Shown here piece after piece: positions 28,215 through 35,800 of a stretch of 64,000 bases of DNA. Location: assembly GCA_050700835.1 (NCBI GenBank), contig JBOHDX010000048.1, positions 1,952-65,951 of the forward strand, in the 5' to 3' direction. The notes under the pieces are model-generated. The model saw only the letters and a program-made list of their open reading frames with translations, searched no databases and was not told the DNA's origin. Source of the stretch: Nocardioidaceae bacterium (GTDB lineage: Bacteria; Actinomycetota; Actinomycetes; Propionibacteriales; Nocardioidaceae). The position numbers and the translations under genes are program-made. Numbering within the stretch: the stretch's first letter is position 1; every line of letters starts with the position of its first letter.

Positions 28215-29063
28215 TCAGCGACGCCCCCCCTGCAGGATCGCGAGGATCCGCAGCATCTCGATGTACAACCAGACGATCGTCACGGTGAGGCCGAACGCGG
28301 CCCGCCACGACTCCCGCTCCGGCATCCCGGCCGCGACGGCTCGCTCGACGTAGTCGAAGTCGAGCACGAGCATCAACACACCGAGGACGACGCCGACGGC
28401 GCTGGACAGCAGGCCAAGCGTGCCGAACCCGTTGAAGCCGAAGCTCGACCCGAAGAAGCTCAGGATCATGTCGAGGAACGACACCGCGACGAACCCGAAC
28501 ATGGCCGCGACGACGCCCTTGCGGAACCGGTCGGTCACCCGGATGTTCAGCACCTTGTACGCCGCGAGCGTGCCGGCGAACGCTGCCACCGTGCCCAGCA
28601 CCGCGCCGGGGACGACCCCGTGGAACGCGGTGTCGAAGACCTTGGAGACGGCGCCGATGAAGACGCCTTCCACGACGGCGTAGGCGAGGACCAGTGCCGG
28701 GCTGACGACGCGCTTGAAGGAGTTGACCAGAGCGAGGCCAAAGCCGACGAAGGCGCCACCCATGGCAAGCGTCTGGGCACGCTGGTAGTTGGCCATCAGC
28801 ACGGTGTCGCCCACGACGAACCAGGTGACGGCAGCGGCCGCGACCAGCAGGCCGAGGGTCATCGCAGTCTTCTGGACGACGGAGTCGACGGTGATCCGGC
28901 CTTCGACGTCCGTCGCCGACCCGACCGACCAGGTCGACGGATCGGAGTGGCCGTAGCCGGTGTAGGGCCCGCTGCCTGGGTACGTCGGGTTGCCGTAGGC
29001 GTTGGCACCTCGACCGTTGAACGCATCACTGCGCGCGAAGACGGGGTTTCTGCTCTGCATCAT
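28215..29063 (-). CDS. Bax inhibitor-1/YccA family membrane protein
   Basis: 282-aa ORF. A Gly/Pro/Tyr-rich N-terminus is followed by seven hydrophobic segments and a C-terminal 'TIVWLYIEMLRILAIL' typical of BI-1 proteins. Confidence 0.85.
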   Translation of the reverse strand: MMQSRNPVFARSDAFNGRGANAYGNPTYPGSGPYTGYGHSDPSTWSVGSATDVEGRITVDSVVQKTAMTLGLLVAAAAVTWFVVGDTVLMANYQRAQTLAMGGAFVGFGLALVNSFKRVVSPALVLAYAVVEGVFIGAVSKVFDTAFHGVVPGAVLGTVAAFAGTLAAYKVLNIRVTDRFRKGVVAAMFGFVAVSFLDMILSFFGSSFGFNGFGTLGLLSSAVGVVLGVLMLVLDFDYVERAVAAGMPERESWRAAFGLTVTIVWLYIEMLRILAILQGGRR

Positions 29064-29157
29064 TCCTCCGGGCGAGCTGCCTTGACTGCGGTGGGCTGTG
29101 CACCAGCGTACCGGGCGTACGCGACGAGCCCCGGCGTTCGGCGACGAGCAGACCAGC

Positions 29158-29218
29158 GTCCGGCCAGAGTCAGGCCAGAGTCAGGCCAGAGTCAGGCCAG
29201 AGTCCGGCCAGCGTCAGG
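29158..29218. repeat. 5.5 x 11-bp tandem repeat (gtcaggccaga)
   Basis: Lies between the folE stop (which is inside the last partial unit) and the BI-1 gene start. Verified by codon counting against ORF 28182..29255. Confidence 0.9.
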
Positions 29219-29813
29219 AGCTCGCTCCGGTGAGGGCGAAGAACTCCTGACGTGAGCGGGGATCCTCGCGCAGGGTGCCGAGCAACGTCGACGTGATCGT
29301 GTCGGAGCCGAGGGCCCGAACCCCGCGCAGCGTCATGCAGGTGTGCTCCGCGACGACCACCACCCCGACGCCCTGTGGGTTCAGCTGCTGGCAGAGCCAG
29401 TCGGCGATCTGCTTGGTGAGACGCTCCTGGACCTGCGGGCGGGAGGCGAAGTGTTCGACGACACGTGCCAGCTTGGACAGTCCCAGGATCCGCTCGCCAG
29501 GAAGGTAGCCGACGTGTGCGACACCGACGAACGGCAGCAGGTGGTGCTCACAGACCGAGCGGAGGGGGATGCCCCGGGCGAGCACCAGCTCGTCGTACCC
29601 CTCCTCGTTGGGGAACGTGGTCAGGTCGAACGGCCGGGGGGAGAACAGCTCCGCGTGGGCCCGAGCCATCCGGCCCGGCGTCTCCCGCAGACTCTCGATG
29701 TCACAGGCGATGCCGAGAGCCCTGAGGTACTCCGCGGCGGCGCGTTCGGCGGCGACGAGGTCGATGCCGTCGCCGGGCTCGTGCACGACTCGAAGGGCGG
29801 GGGCCGACGTCAT
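29214..29813 (-). CDS. folE: GTP cyclohydrolase I (FolE type I)
   Basis: This is the last 199 aa of ORF 29214..30113, starting at MTSAPALRV. 'SVCEHHLLPFVG', 'LSKLARVVEHFASRPQVQERLT' and 'VVVAEHTCMTLRG' are present. The start lies 3 nt after the upstream gene's stop. Confidence 0.9.
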   Translation of the reverse strand: MTSAPALRVVHEPGDGIDLVAAERAAAEYLRALGIACDIESLRETPGRMARAHAELFSPRPFDLTTFPNEEGYDELVLARGIPLRSVCEHHLLPFVGVAHVGYLPGERILGLSKLARVVEHFASRPQVQERLTKQIADWLCQQLNPQGVGVVVVAEHTCMTLRGVRALGSDTITSTLLGTLREDPRSRQEFFALTGASS

Positions 29814-29815
29814 GG

Positions 29816-30277
29816 TCAGCCACCGCCGAGCTGCAGGGCCGTCAGCAGGACGAGCACCACCGTGACGACGGCGAGCAGGCCGTGGCCGACGACGACAGCC
29901 AGCGGGAAGCTGCTCTCGGCGGGCGGCTGGGCGGTGCCGGTCATCCCCGTCGTCGCACCCGGCGCGGCGGGAACACCGGAGACGACGGAGCTTGCGCGAC
30001 GGGCCGGCAGCCATCGGGCGAGCATGGTGAACCCCAGCAGGGCTACCGGCACGAGGATCACGAACGCCGCCCAGGCGAGTGCGTGACTGCCATCGATGAC
30101 GTACCCGATCCACACCAGGAGGCCGACGGCCGCCAAGGCGAAGTGGCCGAAGATCACTGGAGCGGGGAAGCGAGTCGTCCGAGGCTCACGGGTGCCGCCC
30201 TTGGCGATCCAGGTGCCCAGTAGGTAGAAGCCGCCCACGGCCGTGACGAGCCAGGTGACGAGTGCCGCAGTGCCCAT
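29816..30277 (-). CDS. hypothetical four-TM membrane protein
   Basis: 153-aa ORF with hydrophobic helices. It is tightly packed (3-nt gaps) between the DUF2231-like gene and folE. Confidence 0.55.
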   Translation of the reverse strand: MGTAALVTWLVTAVGGFYLLGTWIAKGGTREPRTTRFPAPVIFGHFALAAVGLLVWIGYVIDGSHALAWAAFVILVPVALLGFTMLARWLPARRASSVVSGVPAAPGATTGMTGTAQPPAESSFPLAVVVGHGLLAVVTVVLVLLTALQLGGG

Positions 30278-30280
30278 CGT

Positions 30281-30835
30281 TCAGTTCTCCTGACTGCGCG
30301 CCGCGCGTGGATCCAGGCGAGGGGCAGGGCGTTCGTAGCCCTCGGCCTGAGTCGTCTCGTCGGCGACGCGTACCCCGTATCGGAAGGCGAGCTTGCCGCC
30401 CAGGAATCCCGAGAAGCCGAGTGCGACCAGGCTGGCGGCGGACAGCTCCAGTGGCCCAGCGGCGACCCCCAGCCGGTCGTCGCTGCCCAGGCGCCAGGCG
30501 AAGTTGCCGACGTACGCAACGGTGACCAGCAGGTTGAGGGTCATGTGCACCAGCCCCACCCGGTACGCCCGGGTGCCGGCCGGGATGGCGAAGAGGTCGA
30601 GGAAGCCGATCATCGCGGCACCGAGGGCGCCGACGACGCCGATCCCGATCAGCCACCGGGAACCCTCGGTCAAGGACGTCGGGTCGCCCGCCAGCCGGGA
30701 GCCGATGTCGAAGACGAGGCTGGCGACCCAGGCGCCGATCGGGACGGTCACGGCGATCGGGTGGAACGGGTGACCGTAGGGTCCAGCGAGCGCCGCACTC
30801 ACCGGCTGCTTCGCCCGCTGCATCGGCTCGGTCAT
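30281..30835 (-). CDS. DUF2231-like membrane protein
   Basis: The track ORF is 30281..30880; the likely start is MTEPMQRAK (30835). 'HPFHPIAVTVPIGAWVASLVFD' and 'VHMTLNLLVTVAYV' are as in DUF2231 proteins. Confidence 0.65.
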   Translation of the reverse strand: MTEPMQRAKQPVSAALAGPYGHPFHPIAVTVPIGAWVASLVFDIGSRLAGDPTSLTEGSRWLIGIGVVGALGAAMIGFLDLFAIPAGTRAYRVGLVHMTLNLLVTVAYVGNFAWRLGSDDRLGVAAGPLELSAASLVALGFSGFLGGKLAFRYGVRVADETTQAEGYERPAPRLDPRAARSQEN

Positions 30836-30877
30836 TACGGCACCTCGTCGCCAGTCGCATTGCCACGGTGTTGATTT

Positions 30878-30895
30878 CACTAACTACTCTTAGTG
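30878..30895. promoter_or_regulatory. palindrome CACTAA-N6-TTAGTG in an AT-rich divergent promoter region (candidate operator)
   Basis: Perfect 6-bp arms. It lies within the low-GC stretch of roughly 30860-30960 between the DUF2231-folE operon and the wHTH regulator. The additional inverted pairs tatctc/gagata and tctcatt/aatgaga lie just downstream. Confidence 0.35.
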
Positions 30896-30968
30896 TTATC
30901 TCATTCGGCGTGTTCAGTCAAGAGATAGAGGCAATGAGAGTTCCGGGATACGCGCTCGTTCCCGGTGC

Positions 30969-30974
30969 TAGATT
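30969..30974 (+). promoter_or_regulatory. candidate -10 hexamer TAGATT positioned for a leaderless regulator mRNA
   Basis: It fits the TANNNT pattern and ends 6 nt before GTG 30981. No convincing RBS is present. Confidence 0.3.
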
Positions 30975-30980
30975 GAGAAG

Positions 30981-31709
30981 GTGCCAACGGACCTCGCACC
31001 CGGCGCCGGATCGCAGGAACCCTCGATCCGGGCGGTGGCCGCGCTGCAGGACGACCTCCGCAGGGGCATGTACTCCTTCATCCGCCGTGCTCGGCGGCCC
31101 GTCACCCGAGACGAGGCCGCGGCGTCGGTCGGCATCTCCCGCAAGCTCGCGGCGTTCCACCTGGACAAGCTCGTCGAGGCCGGCGTGCTGCGGGCCGGGT
31201 ACGCCTCGGCCGCCGGCGCTCGCAAGGTCGGCAGGGCTCCGAAGGTCTACGAACCGTCCGACGCCGACTTCCGGGTCAGCATCCCGCCCCGCCGACACGA
31301 GGTCCTGGCCCACATCCTGCTCGACGCCATGCTGGCCGACGGCTCGCGGGAGAGCCCCCGCCAGGCGGCCGTGCGCGTCGCCCGCGAACGCGGTCAGCTG
31401 ATCGGCGGTGCCGAACGCGAGGAGGCGAGGCCCGGCCGGCTGGGCGCGGAACGCGCGCTGACCATGGCCGCCGGGGTCCTGGCGCGTTACGGCTTCGAAC
31501 CGGACCGTGAGGCGTCGACCTGCGTACGCCTGCGCAACTGCCCGTTCCACCCACTTGCCGACGAGGCACCGGAGCTCGTGTGCGGGATCAACCACGCCTT
31601 TCTTTCCGGCTTGCTCGACGGGCTCGAGGCCTCGGCACTCACGGCGGTGCTGGACCCGCGGGCCGGTGAGTGCTGCGTGGAGCTGCGCGCGGCCGACCGG
31701 GCCGGCTGA
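30981..31709 (+). CDS. winged-HTH transcriptional regulator (ArsR-like N-terminus, Cys-rich C-terminal domain)
   Basis: 242-aa ORF with a GTG start. The wHTH is 'VTRDEAAASVGISRKLAAFHLDKLVEAGVL'. C-terminal cysteines occur in 'CVRLRNCPFHPL', 'LVCGINH' and 'ECCVEL'. It is divergent from the DUF2231-folE operon. Confidence 0.75.
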   Translation: MPTDLAPGAGSQEPSIRAVAALQDDLRRGMYSFIRRARRPVTRDEAAASVGISRKLAAFHLDKLVEAGVLRAGYASAAGARKVGRAPKVYEPSDADFRVSIPPRRHEVLAHILLDAMLADGSRESPRQAAVRVARERGQLIGGAEREEARPGRLGAERALTMAAGVLARYGFEPDREASTCVRLRNCPFHPLADEAPELVCGINHAFLSGLLDGLEASALTAVLDPRAGECCVELRAADRAG

Positions 31710-31755
31710 GCCCTCGCTCGTCACCGCACCGGCTGAGCCCTCGCTCGTCACCGCA
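31702..31755. repeat. 2 x 27-bp perfect tandem repeat containing the regulator stop codon
   Basis: ccggctgagccctcgctcgtcaccgca occurs twice. The first copy carries the TGA at 31707-31709. Confidence 0.9.
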
Positions 31756-31799
31756 CCGGTGGTGCCCCCGGTGATGCCCCCGGTGTGTGCCCCCGGTGG
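31756..31799. repeat. 3 x 12-13-bp tandem repeat that reiterates the tRNA 3' acceptor end
   Basis: ccggtggtgccc / ccggtgatgccc / ccggtgtgtgccc, then ccggtggg. The last unit is the 3' end of the tRNA at 31788-31862. Confidence 0.8.
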
Positions 31800-31862
31800 G
31801 AGTCGAACCCACACCTGTCGCGGGTTTAAGCCGCGTGCCTCTGCCGGTTGGGCTACGGGGGC
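31788..31862 (-). tRNA. atypical tRNA, anticodon UAA (reads UUA-Leu), Leu-type D arm, short variable loop
   Basis: My manual fold of GCCCCCG-TA-GCC-CAACCGGCAGA-GGC-A-CGCGG-CTTAAAC-CCGCG-ACAGGT-GTGGG-TTCGACT-CCCAC-CGGGGGC-A. It has a 7-bp acceptor, a T-loop TTCGA, U33 and A37, and discriminator A73. No CCA is encoded. The variable region is only 6 nt. Confidence 0.6.
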
Positions 31863-31981
31863 CGCCGTCGGCGCCGGGCCGGCACCGGATCTCTCGGGTC
31901 ATCGCACGCTATAGCAGGTGGTGGCCCAAGAGGTCGGGGTCAGGTCATGGTCCTGCCGCGCCGGTCCATGCCGGCTCAGGC

Positions 31982-32061
31982 CGGGGCAGGTCAGGCCGGG
32001 TCAGGTCGGGGTCACGTCGGGGTCAGTTCGGGGTCAGTTCGGGGTCAGTTCGGGGTCGGGT
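31982..32061. repeat. about 7 x 11-bp tandem repeat (cggggtcagtt)
   Basis: Three perfect central copies are flanked by variant copies. The array spans the stop codon (32045-32047) of the CFA-synthase-like gene. Confidence 0.85.
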
Positions 32062-33322
32062 CCGGCCAGCCGGACCGGCCGTCTGCGAACGGCCGTACCG
32101 CGAGGACCTGGTGCACCGACACCCGGGCCCGCTCGAAGCCGACCGCGGCGAGTGCCAGCAGCAGCCGCCACACGCGCGTCTGAGCCTCCCCCGCCACCCG
32201 CTCCGCGTCCGGCAGATGCCGCTCGAGGTTGGCCAGCCAGGCGCGCAACGTCGGGGGGTAGTGCTCACGCAGGTTCGTCACCTCGCGAAGCTCGAGCCCG
32301 GCGTCCTCCAAGGCTGCCACGAGGGCCGCCACCGGGACCACCGGCCGGTCTGCATAGACGTAGCTGGTGATGAACGTTGGCGAGCCCTCCTGTGGCTGAC
32401 CGCGCCGAGTCACCTGCTGCTGGAGCAGCCGCCCGCCGGGCGCCAGCAGCTGCTGGGCGGCCGCCGCGTAGCCGACCAGGTCGTCCTCGCCGAGATGCTC
32501 GTTCGCCTCGATCGCCGCGATGGCGTCGTACGGCCCGTCCTCGATCGCCGCGTAGTCGCCGAGCCGTACCGCGATCCGGTCGGCCAGCCCGGCGGCCTGC
32601 ACCCGGCGACGCACGAAGTCGGCGCGAGATGCCGAGCGGACCACGCCCACCGCCGACACGTCGTGATGGCGGGCGGCGTGCAGCAGGAGGGAACCCCACC
32701 CGCAGCCGACGTCGAGGAGGCGCTCCCCCGGCTGCAGCCGGAGCACTCGGCAGATCCGCTCGAGCTTGGCCTCCTGAGCCGCGTCGAGGCCGGTGGTGGA
32801 CTCGTCCCACCAGGCACAGGAGTAGGTCAGCGACGAGCCGAGAACCTGCTCTAGCAGCCGCGGGCCCGTTCCGCCGCTCGCGCCGTGCGCGGTCTCCGCG
32901 GCCTGCTCGCGACCGCTCGTCGACGCCTCGCCGGACAGGGTCAACTCCTGCGGCGGTGGCTTCGGGGCCGGTCCGACGGCTCCGAGCAGCACCGCGGTAC
33001 GCAGGATCTCGCGTCGGTCCGCGGCGGACAGGCTGGGCGCGGGTCCGATCAGCGCGCCGTACTCCGCGAGCTGTCGCAGCGCGTGGACAAGGTCGCCCTC
33101 GATGTCGATCTCGCCCGCGACGTACGCCCGGGCGAGACCGAGCTCTCCCGGCGCCCACAGCAGCCTTCGCACGGCTTTGCGGCTGTGCACCTGCACCGTC
33201 GGGCCGTCGCCGCCGCCGGCCTTGGAGCCGTCCCAGCCCACCAGCTGCACCGGCGGTGCGACGCCGAACAGCTGGACGAGCAAGGCGTACAGGCGGTCGG
33301 CGACTCCGTTCCGATCACTCAT
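32045..33322 (-). CDS. cyclopropane-fatty-acyl-phospholipid synthase-family SAM-dependent methyltransferase
   Basis: The track ORF is 32045..33445; the start is at MSDRNGVADRL (33322). 'LLDVGCGWGSLLLHAA', 'SYVYADRPV' and 'REHYPPTLRAWLANL' are CMAS-family hallmarks. Confidence 0.85.
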   Translation of the reverse strand: MSDRNGVADRLYALLVQLFGVAPPVQLVGWDGSKAGGGDGPTVQVHSRKAVRRLLWAPGELGLARAYVAGEIDIEGDLVHALRQLAEYGALIGPAPSLSAADRREILRTAVLLGAVGPAPKPPPQELTLSGEASTSGREQAAETAHGASGGTGPRLLEQVLGSSLTYSCAWWDESTTGLDAAQEAKLERICRVLRLQPGERLLDVGCGWGSLLLHAARHHDVSAVGVVRSASRADFVRRRVQAAGLADRIAVRLGDYAAIEDGPYDAIAAIEANEHLGEDDLVGYAAAAQQLLAPGGRLLQQQVTRRGQPQEGSPTFITSYVYADRPVVPVAALVAALEDAGLELREVTNLREHYPPTLRAWLANLERHLPDAERVAGEAQTRVWRLLLALAAVGFERARVSVHQVLAVRPFADGRSGWPDPTPN

Positions 33323-33335
33323 GGGTGTCTGTCTA

Positions 33336-34241
33336 TCAGGGCGCTCTGGTGTCGTCAGGGGTGCCGGCGGGGGTGTCCGCGTGGGTGTCGGCGGGGGTGT
33401 CCGCGTCGGCGGGCCACGGTCCGAGGCCCGCCACCGCGCGGGCACGCGCGAGCACCGTGTCCAGCATCGGCTCGGTGAGCCGACCCGTGAACGTGTTCTG
33501 CTGGCTGGGGTGATAGCTGCCGATCAGCGTCAGGTCGGGTCGCAGCCGCGCCTCGGCCGCGTGGCCGAAGCGTGGACGCGGCGCGGGCACGACCACGCCG
33601 AGGCGCCGGAGCGAGCGAAGCGCCGCATCCCAGCCGTACCCACCGAGCGCAAGGATGCACCGGATGCCCGGGAGGACGGCGGCGAGCTCGGCGTCGAGCC
33701 AGGGTGCGCAGGTGTCGCGTTCGACTGTCGTGGGCCGGTTCGCCGGTGGGGCGCAACGCACGGCGGCCATCATCCGAGTGTCGACCAGTGCCTGGCCGTC
33801 GCCGGCGTGCAGGCTCGTCGGCCGGCAGGCGAGCCCCGCGCGAAACAGGGCGTCGAACAGCCAGTCGCCGGACCGGTCGCCGGTGAAGATCCGGCCCGTG
33901 CGGTTGCCGCCGTGCGCCGCCGGCGCCAGGCCTACGACGACGATCCGCGGCCGCGGGTCGCCCCAGCCGGCGACGGGGCGGCCCCAGTAGGGCTCCGACT
34001 CGAACGAGCGGCGCCTGGTCGACGCGGTCGTCTCCCGCCACTGGACCAACCGGGGGCAGGCCCGGCACACCGACACCCGGGCGTCGATCTGCGCCAGGCC
34101 CGCCGATGCGGCCAGCTCCCGAACCTGCGCCGAGTCGGCGGCGACGGGCGTGCGCGACGTGGCGGGATCGTCCGGCCAGCCGGTGCCCGGCGGCACCGGG
34201 CTGGCGAACTCCTGACCGGTGATCGGGTGCGGCGCCATCAC
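33336..34241 (-). CDS. uracil-DNA glycosylase, family 5 (UdgB-like)
   Basis: 301-aa ORF with 'CRACPRLVQW', 'VVGLAPAAHGGNRTGRIFTGD' and 'GSYHPSQQN'. The repeat-coded Thr/Pro/Ala/Asp tail is low complexity. Confidence 0.8.
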   Translation of the reverse strand: MMAPHPITGQEFASPVPPGTGWPDDPATSRTPVAADSAQVRELAASAGLAQIDARVSVCRACPRLVQWRETTASTRRRSFESEPYWGRPVAGWGDPRPRIVVVGLAPAAHGGNRTGRIFTGDRSGDWLFDALFRAGLACRPTSLHAGDGQALVDTRMMAAVRCAPPANRPTTVERDTCAPWLDAELAAVLPGIRCILALGGYGWDAALRSLRRLGVVVPAPRPRFGHAAEARLRPDLTLIGSYHPSQQNTFTGRLTEPMLDTVLARARAVAGLGPWPADADTPADTHADTPAGTPDDTRAP

Positions 34242-34289
34242 GGGCTCGAACCTAGAGCACCCGGCCCAAGCCGTCCCCGCTGAGCCTTA

Positions 34290-34306
34290 CGTTTCGGTGC
34301 GAAACG
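34290..34306 (-). terminator. hairpin cgtttcg-gtg-cgaaacg downstream of ppx
   Basis: Perfect 7-bp stem with a 3-nt loop, 32 nt after the ppx stop. There is no U-tract, so this is weak as an intrinsic terminator. Confidence 0.3.
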
Positions 34307-34337
34307 CCGGGGCGAGGTCAATCGGTCTAAGCGACGG

Positions 34338-35270
34338 TCAGGCCACGGACCAGGCGATGCCGTCGAGGACGTCGTGCTCGCTGACCACCAGGTCACTGCG
34401 GCCTCCGGCGTCGACCACCCGGCCGAGCACCACCTCGAGCACGAGTGCGCCGCCGCCGATGACGTCGGCTCGACCCGGGTGCATGAACGGCATCGCCGTG
34501 CGCTGCGCGACCGTCGCGGCCAGCAGCTCGGCGCACGACGATCGGACGACGTGGATCGGCAGCCGGGCGTGATGGATGCGCGCGGAGTCGTAGCCAGACA
34601 GTCCGAGCGCGTGCGCCGCCACCGTGGTGACCGTGCCGGCGACGCCGACCACCGACCGGACCGAGGTCCAGTCGAGCGCTGCCCCGTCGATCGCCCGGGC
34701 GGCGTCGTCGCGAGCGGCTTCGACCTCGTCCGAGTCCGGCGGGTCGCTGCGCAGATACCGTTCGGTCAGGCGTACCGAACCGATGTCGACCGAGCGCGCG
34801 TACGCCGGTACCGTTGCTAGCCCGTCGCCGAGGATCAGCTCGGTCGAGCCGCCGCCGATGTCGACCACGAGCGTCGGCGCGGCGAGGCCGGGCAGGTCAC
34901 GCATCGCGCCGTGGTACGACAGGGCCGCCTCCTCGGCACCGGTGAGCACCTCCGGGTCGACACCGAACCGCTCGCGCACCCCGGCGGCGAACTCGCCGGC
35001 GTTGCGCGCGTCACGGGCCGCCGACGTCGCACAGAACCGGACCGCCTCGGCCCCACCGGCACGGATGATCGCGGCGAACGTGTCGCAGACGGCGAAGGTC
35101 CGCCGCAACGCCTCGGGCGCCAACGTGCCGGTCTCGTCGACTCCCTCGCCGAGCCGGACGATCTCCATCCGGCGCTCGATGTCCCTCTGTGCAGCGTCAC
35201 CGGGATCGAGATCGCACAGCAGCAGCCGGATCGAGTTGGTGCCGCAGTCAACGGCGGCGACTCTGGTCAT
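34338..35270 (-). CDS. Ppx/GppA-family phosphatase (exopolyphosphatase-like)
   Basis: 310-aa ORF with 'VAAVDCGTNSIRLL' and 'VVDIGGGSTEL'. The start overlaps the stop of the DUF501 gene by 4 nt. Confidence 0.9.
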   Translation of the reverse strand: MTRVAAVDCGTNSIRLLLCDLDPGDAAQRDIERRMEIVRLGEGVDETGTLAPEALRRTFAVCDTFAAIIRAGGAEAVRFCATSAARDARNAGEFAAGVRERFGVDPEVLTGAEEAALSYHGAMRDLPGLAAPTLVVDIGGGSTELILGDGLATVPAYARSVDIGSVRLTERYLRSDPPDSDEVEAARDDAARAIDGAALDWTSVRSVVGVAGTVTTVAAHALGLSGYDSARIHHARLPIHVVRSSCAELLAATVAQRTAMPFMHPGRADVIGGGALVLEVVLGRVVDAGGRSDLVVSEHDVLDGIAWSVA

Positions 35271-35800
35271 GCGCCGTCAGGGGGTACGCACGGCCCGCTG
35301 CTCCACCAGGGGTCGAGCCGCGCAAGCGCCTCGTCCCCCAAGGGGTTGACCCCGGGGCCCTGCGCCAACGCGTGGCCGACCAGGACGTGCAGGCACTTCA
35401 CCCGGTCCGGCATGCCACCCGCCGAGACGCCGGCGATCTCGGGCACGGAGCCGAGCTGCTCACGGGCAGCGATGTAGGCGACGTGCGCACCTCGATAGGC
35501 CGCGGCCAGCTCCGGGTCCGCGCCGAGCCGGTCAGTCATCTCCCGCATCAGGCCGGAGGCCTCAAGCGTCCCGATGGAGCCGGACAGCCGTGGGCAGGTG
35601 ACGTAGTACAGCGTCGGGAACGGCGTACCGTCCGCAAGCCGTGGCGACGTGACCAGCACGTCCGGCAGGGCGCAGGGACAGCGGTGCGCCACCGCCTCGA
35701 CGTCGCGCGGCGGCCGGCCCAGCTGGACGCGGACGGCGGCCAGGTCCGCAGCGGTGGGAGCCGAGTGGTCGGCGGCCCGGTGAGGCGGTCCGGCACTCAC
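35267..35800 (-). CDS. DUF501 domain protein
   Basis: This is the in-frame part of ORF 35267..35923. GTG 35800 overlaps the FtsB-like stop as GTGA. 'FPTLYYVTCPRL' and 'VKCLHVLVGHAL' are present. It occupies the position between the FtsB-like gene and ppx, as in mycobacteria. Confidence 0.8.
   Translation of the reverse strand: MSAGPPHRAADHSAPTAADLAAVRVQLGRPPRDVEAVAHRCPCALPDVLVTSPRLADGTPFPTLYYVTCPRLSGSIGTLEASGLMREMTDRLGADPELAAAYRGAHVAYIAAREQLGSVPEIAGVSAGGMPDRVKCLHVLVGHALAQGPGVNPLGDEALARLDPWWSSGPCVPPDGA

Noticed and set aside
31700-32070. The tRNA plus its reiterated 3' end considered as the att site of an integrated mobile element.
   Set aside because: No integrase, excisionase, transposase or compositional island lies on either side. 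The flanking genes are ordinary housekeeping genes, and the repeats are tandem rather than separated att-like copies.
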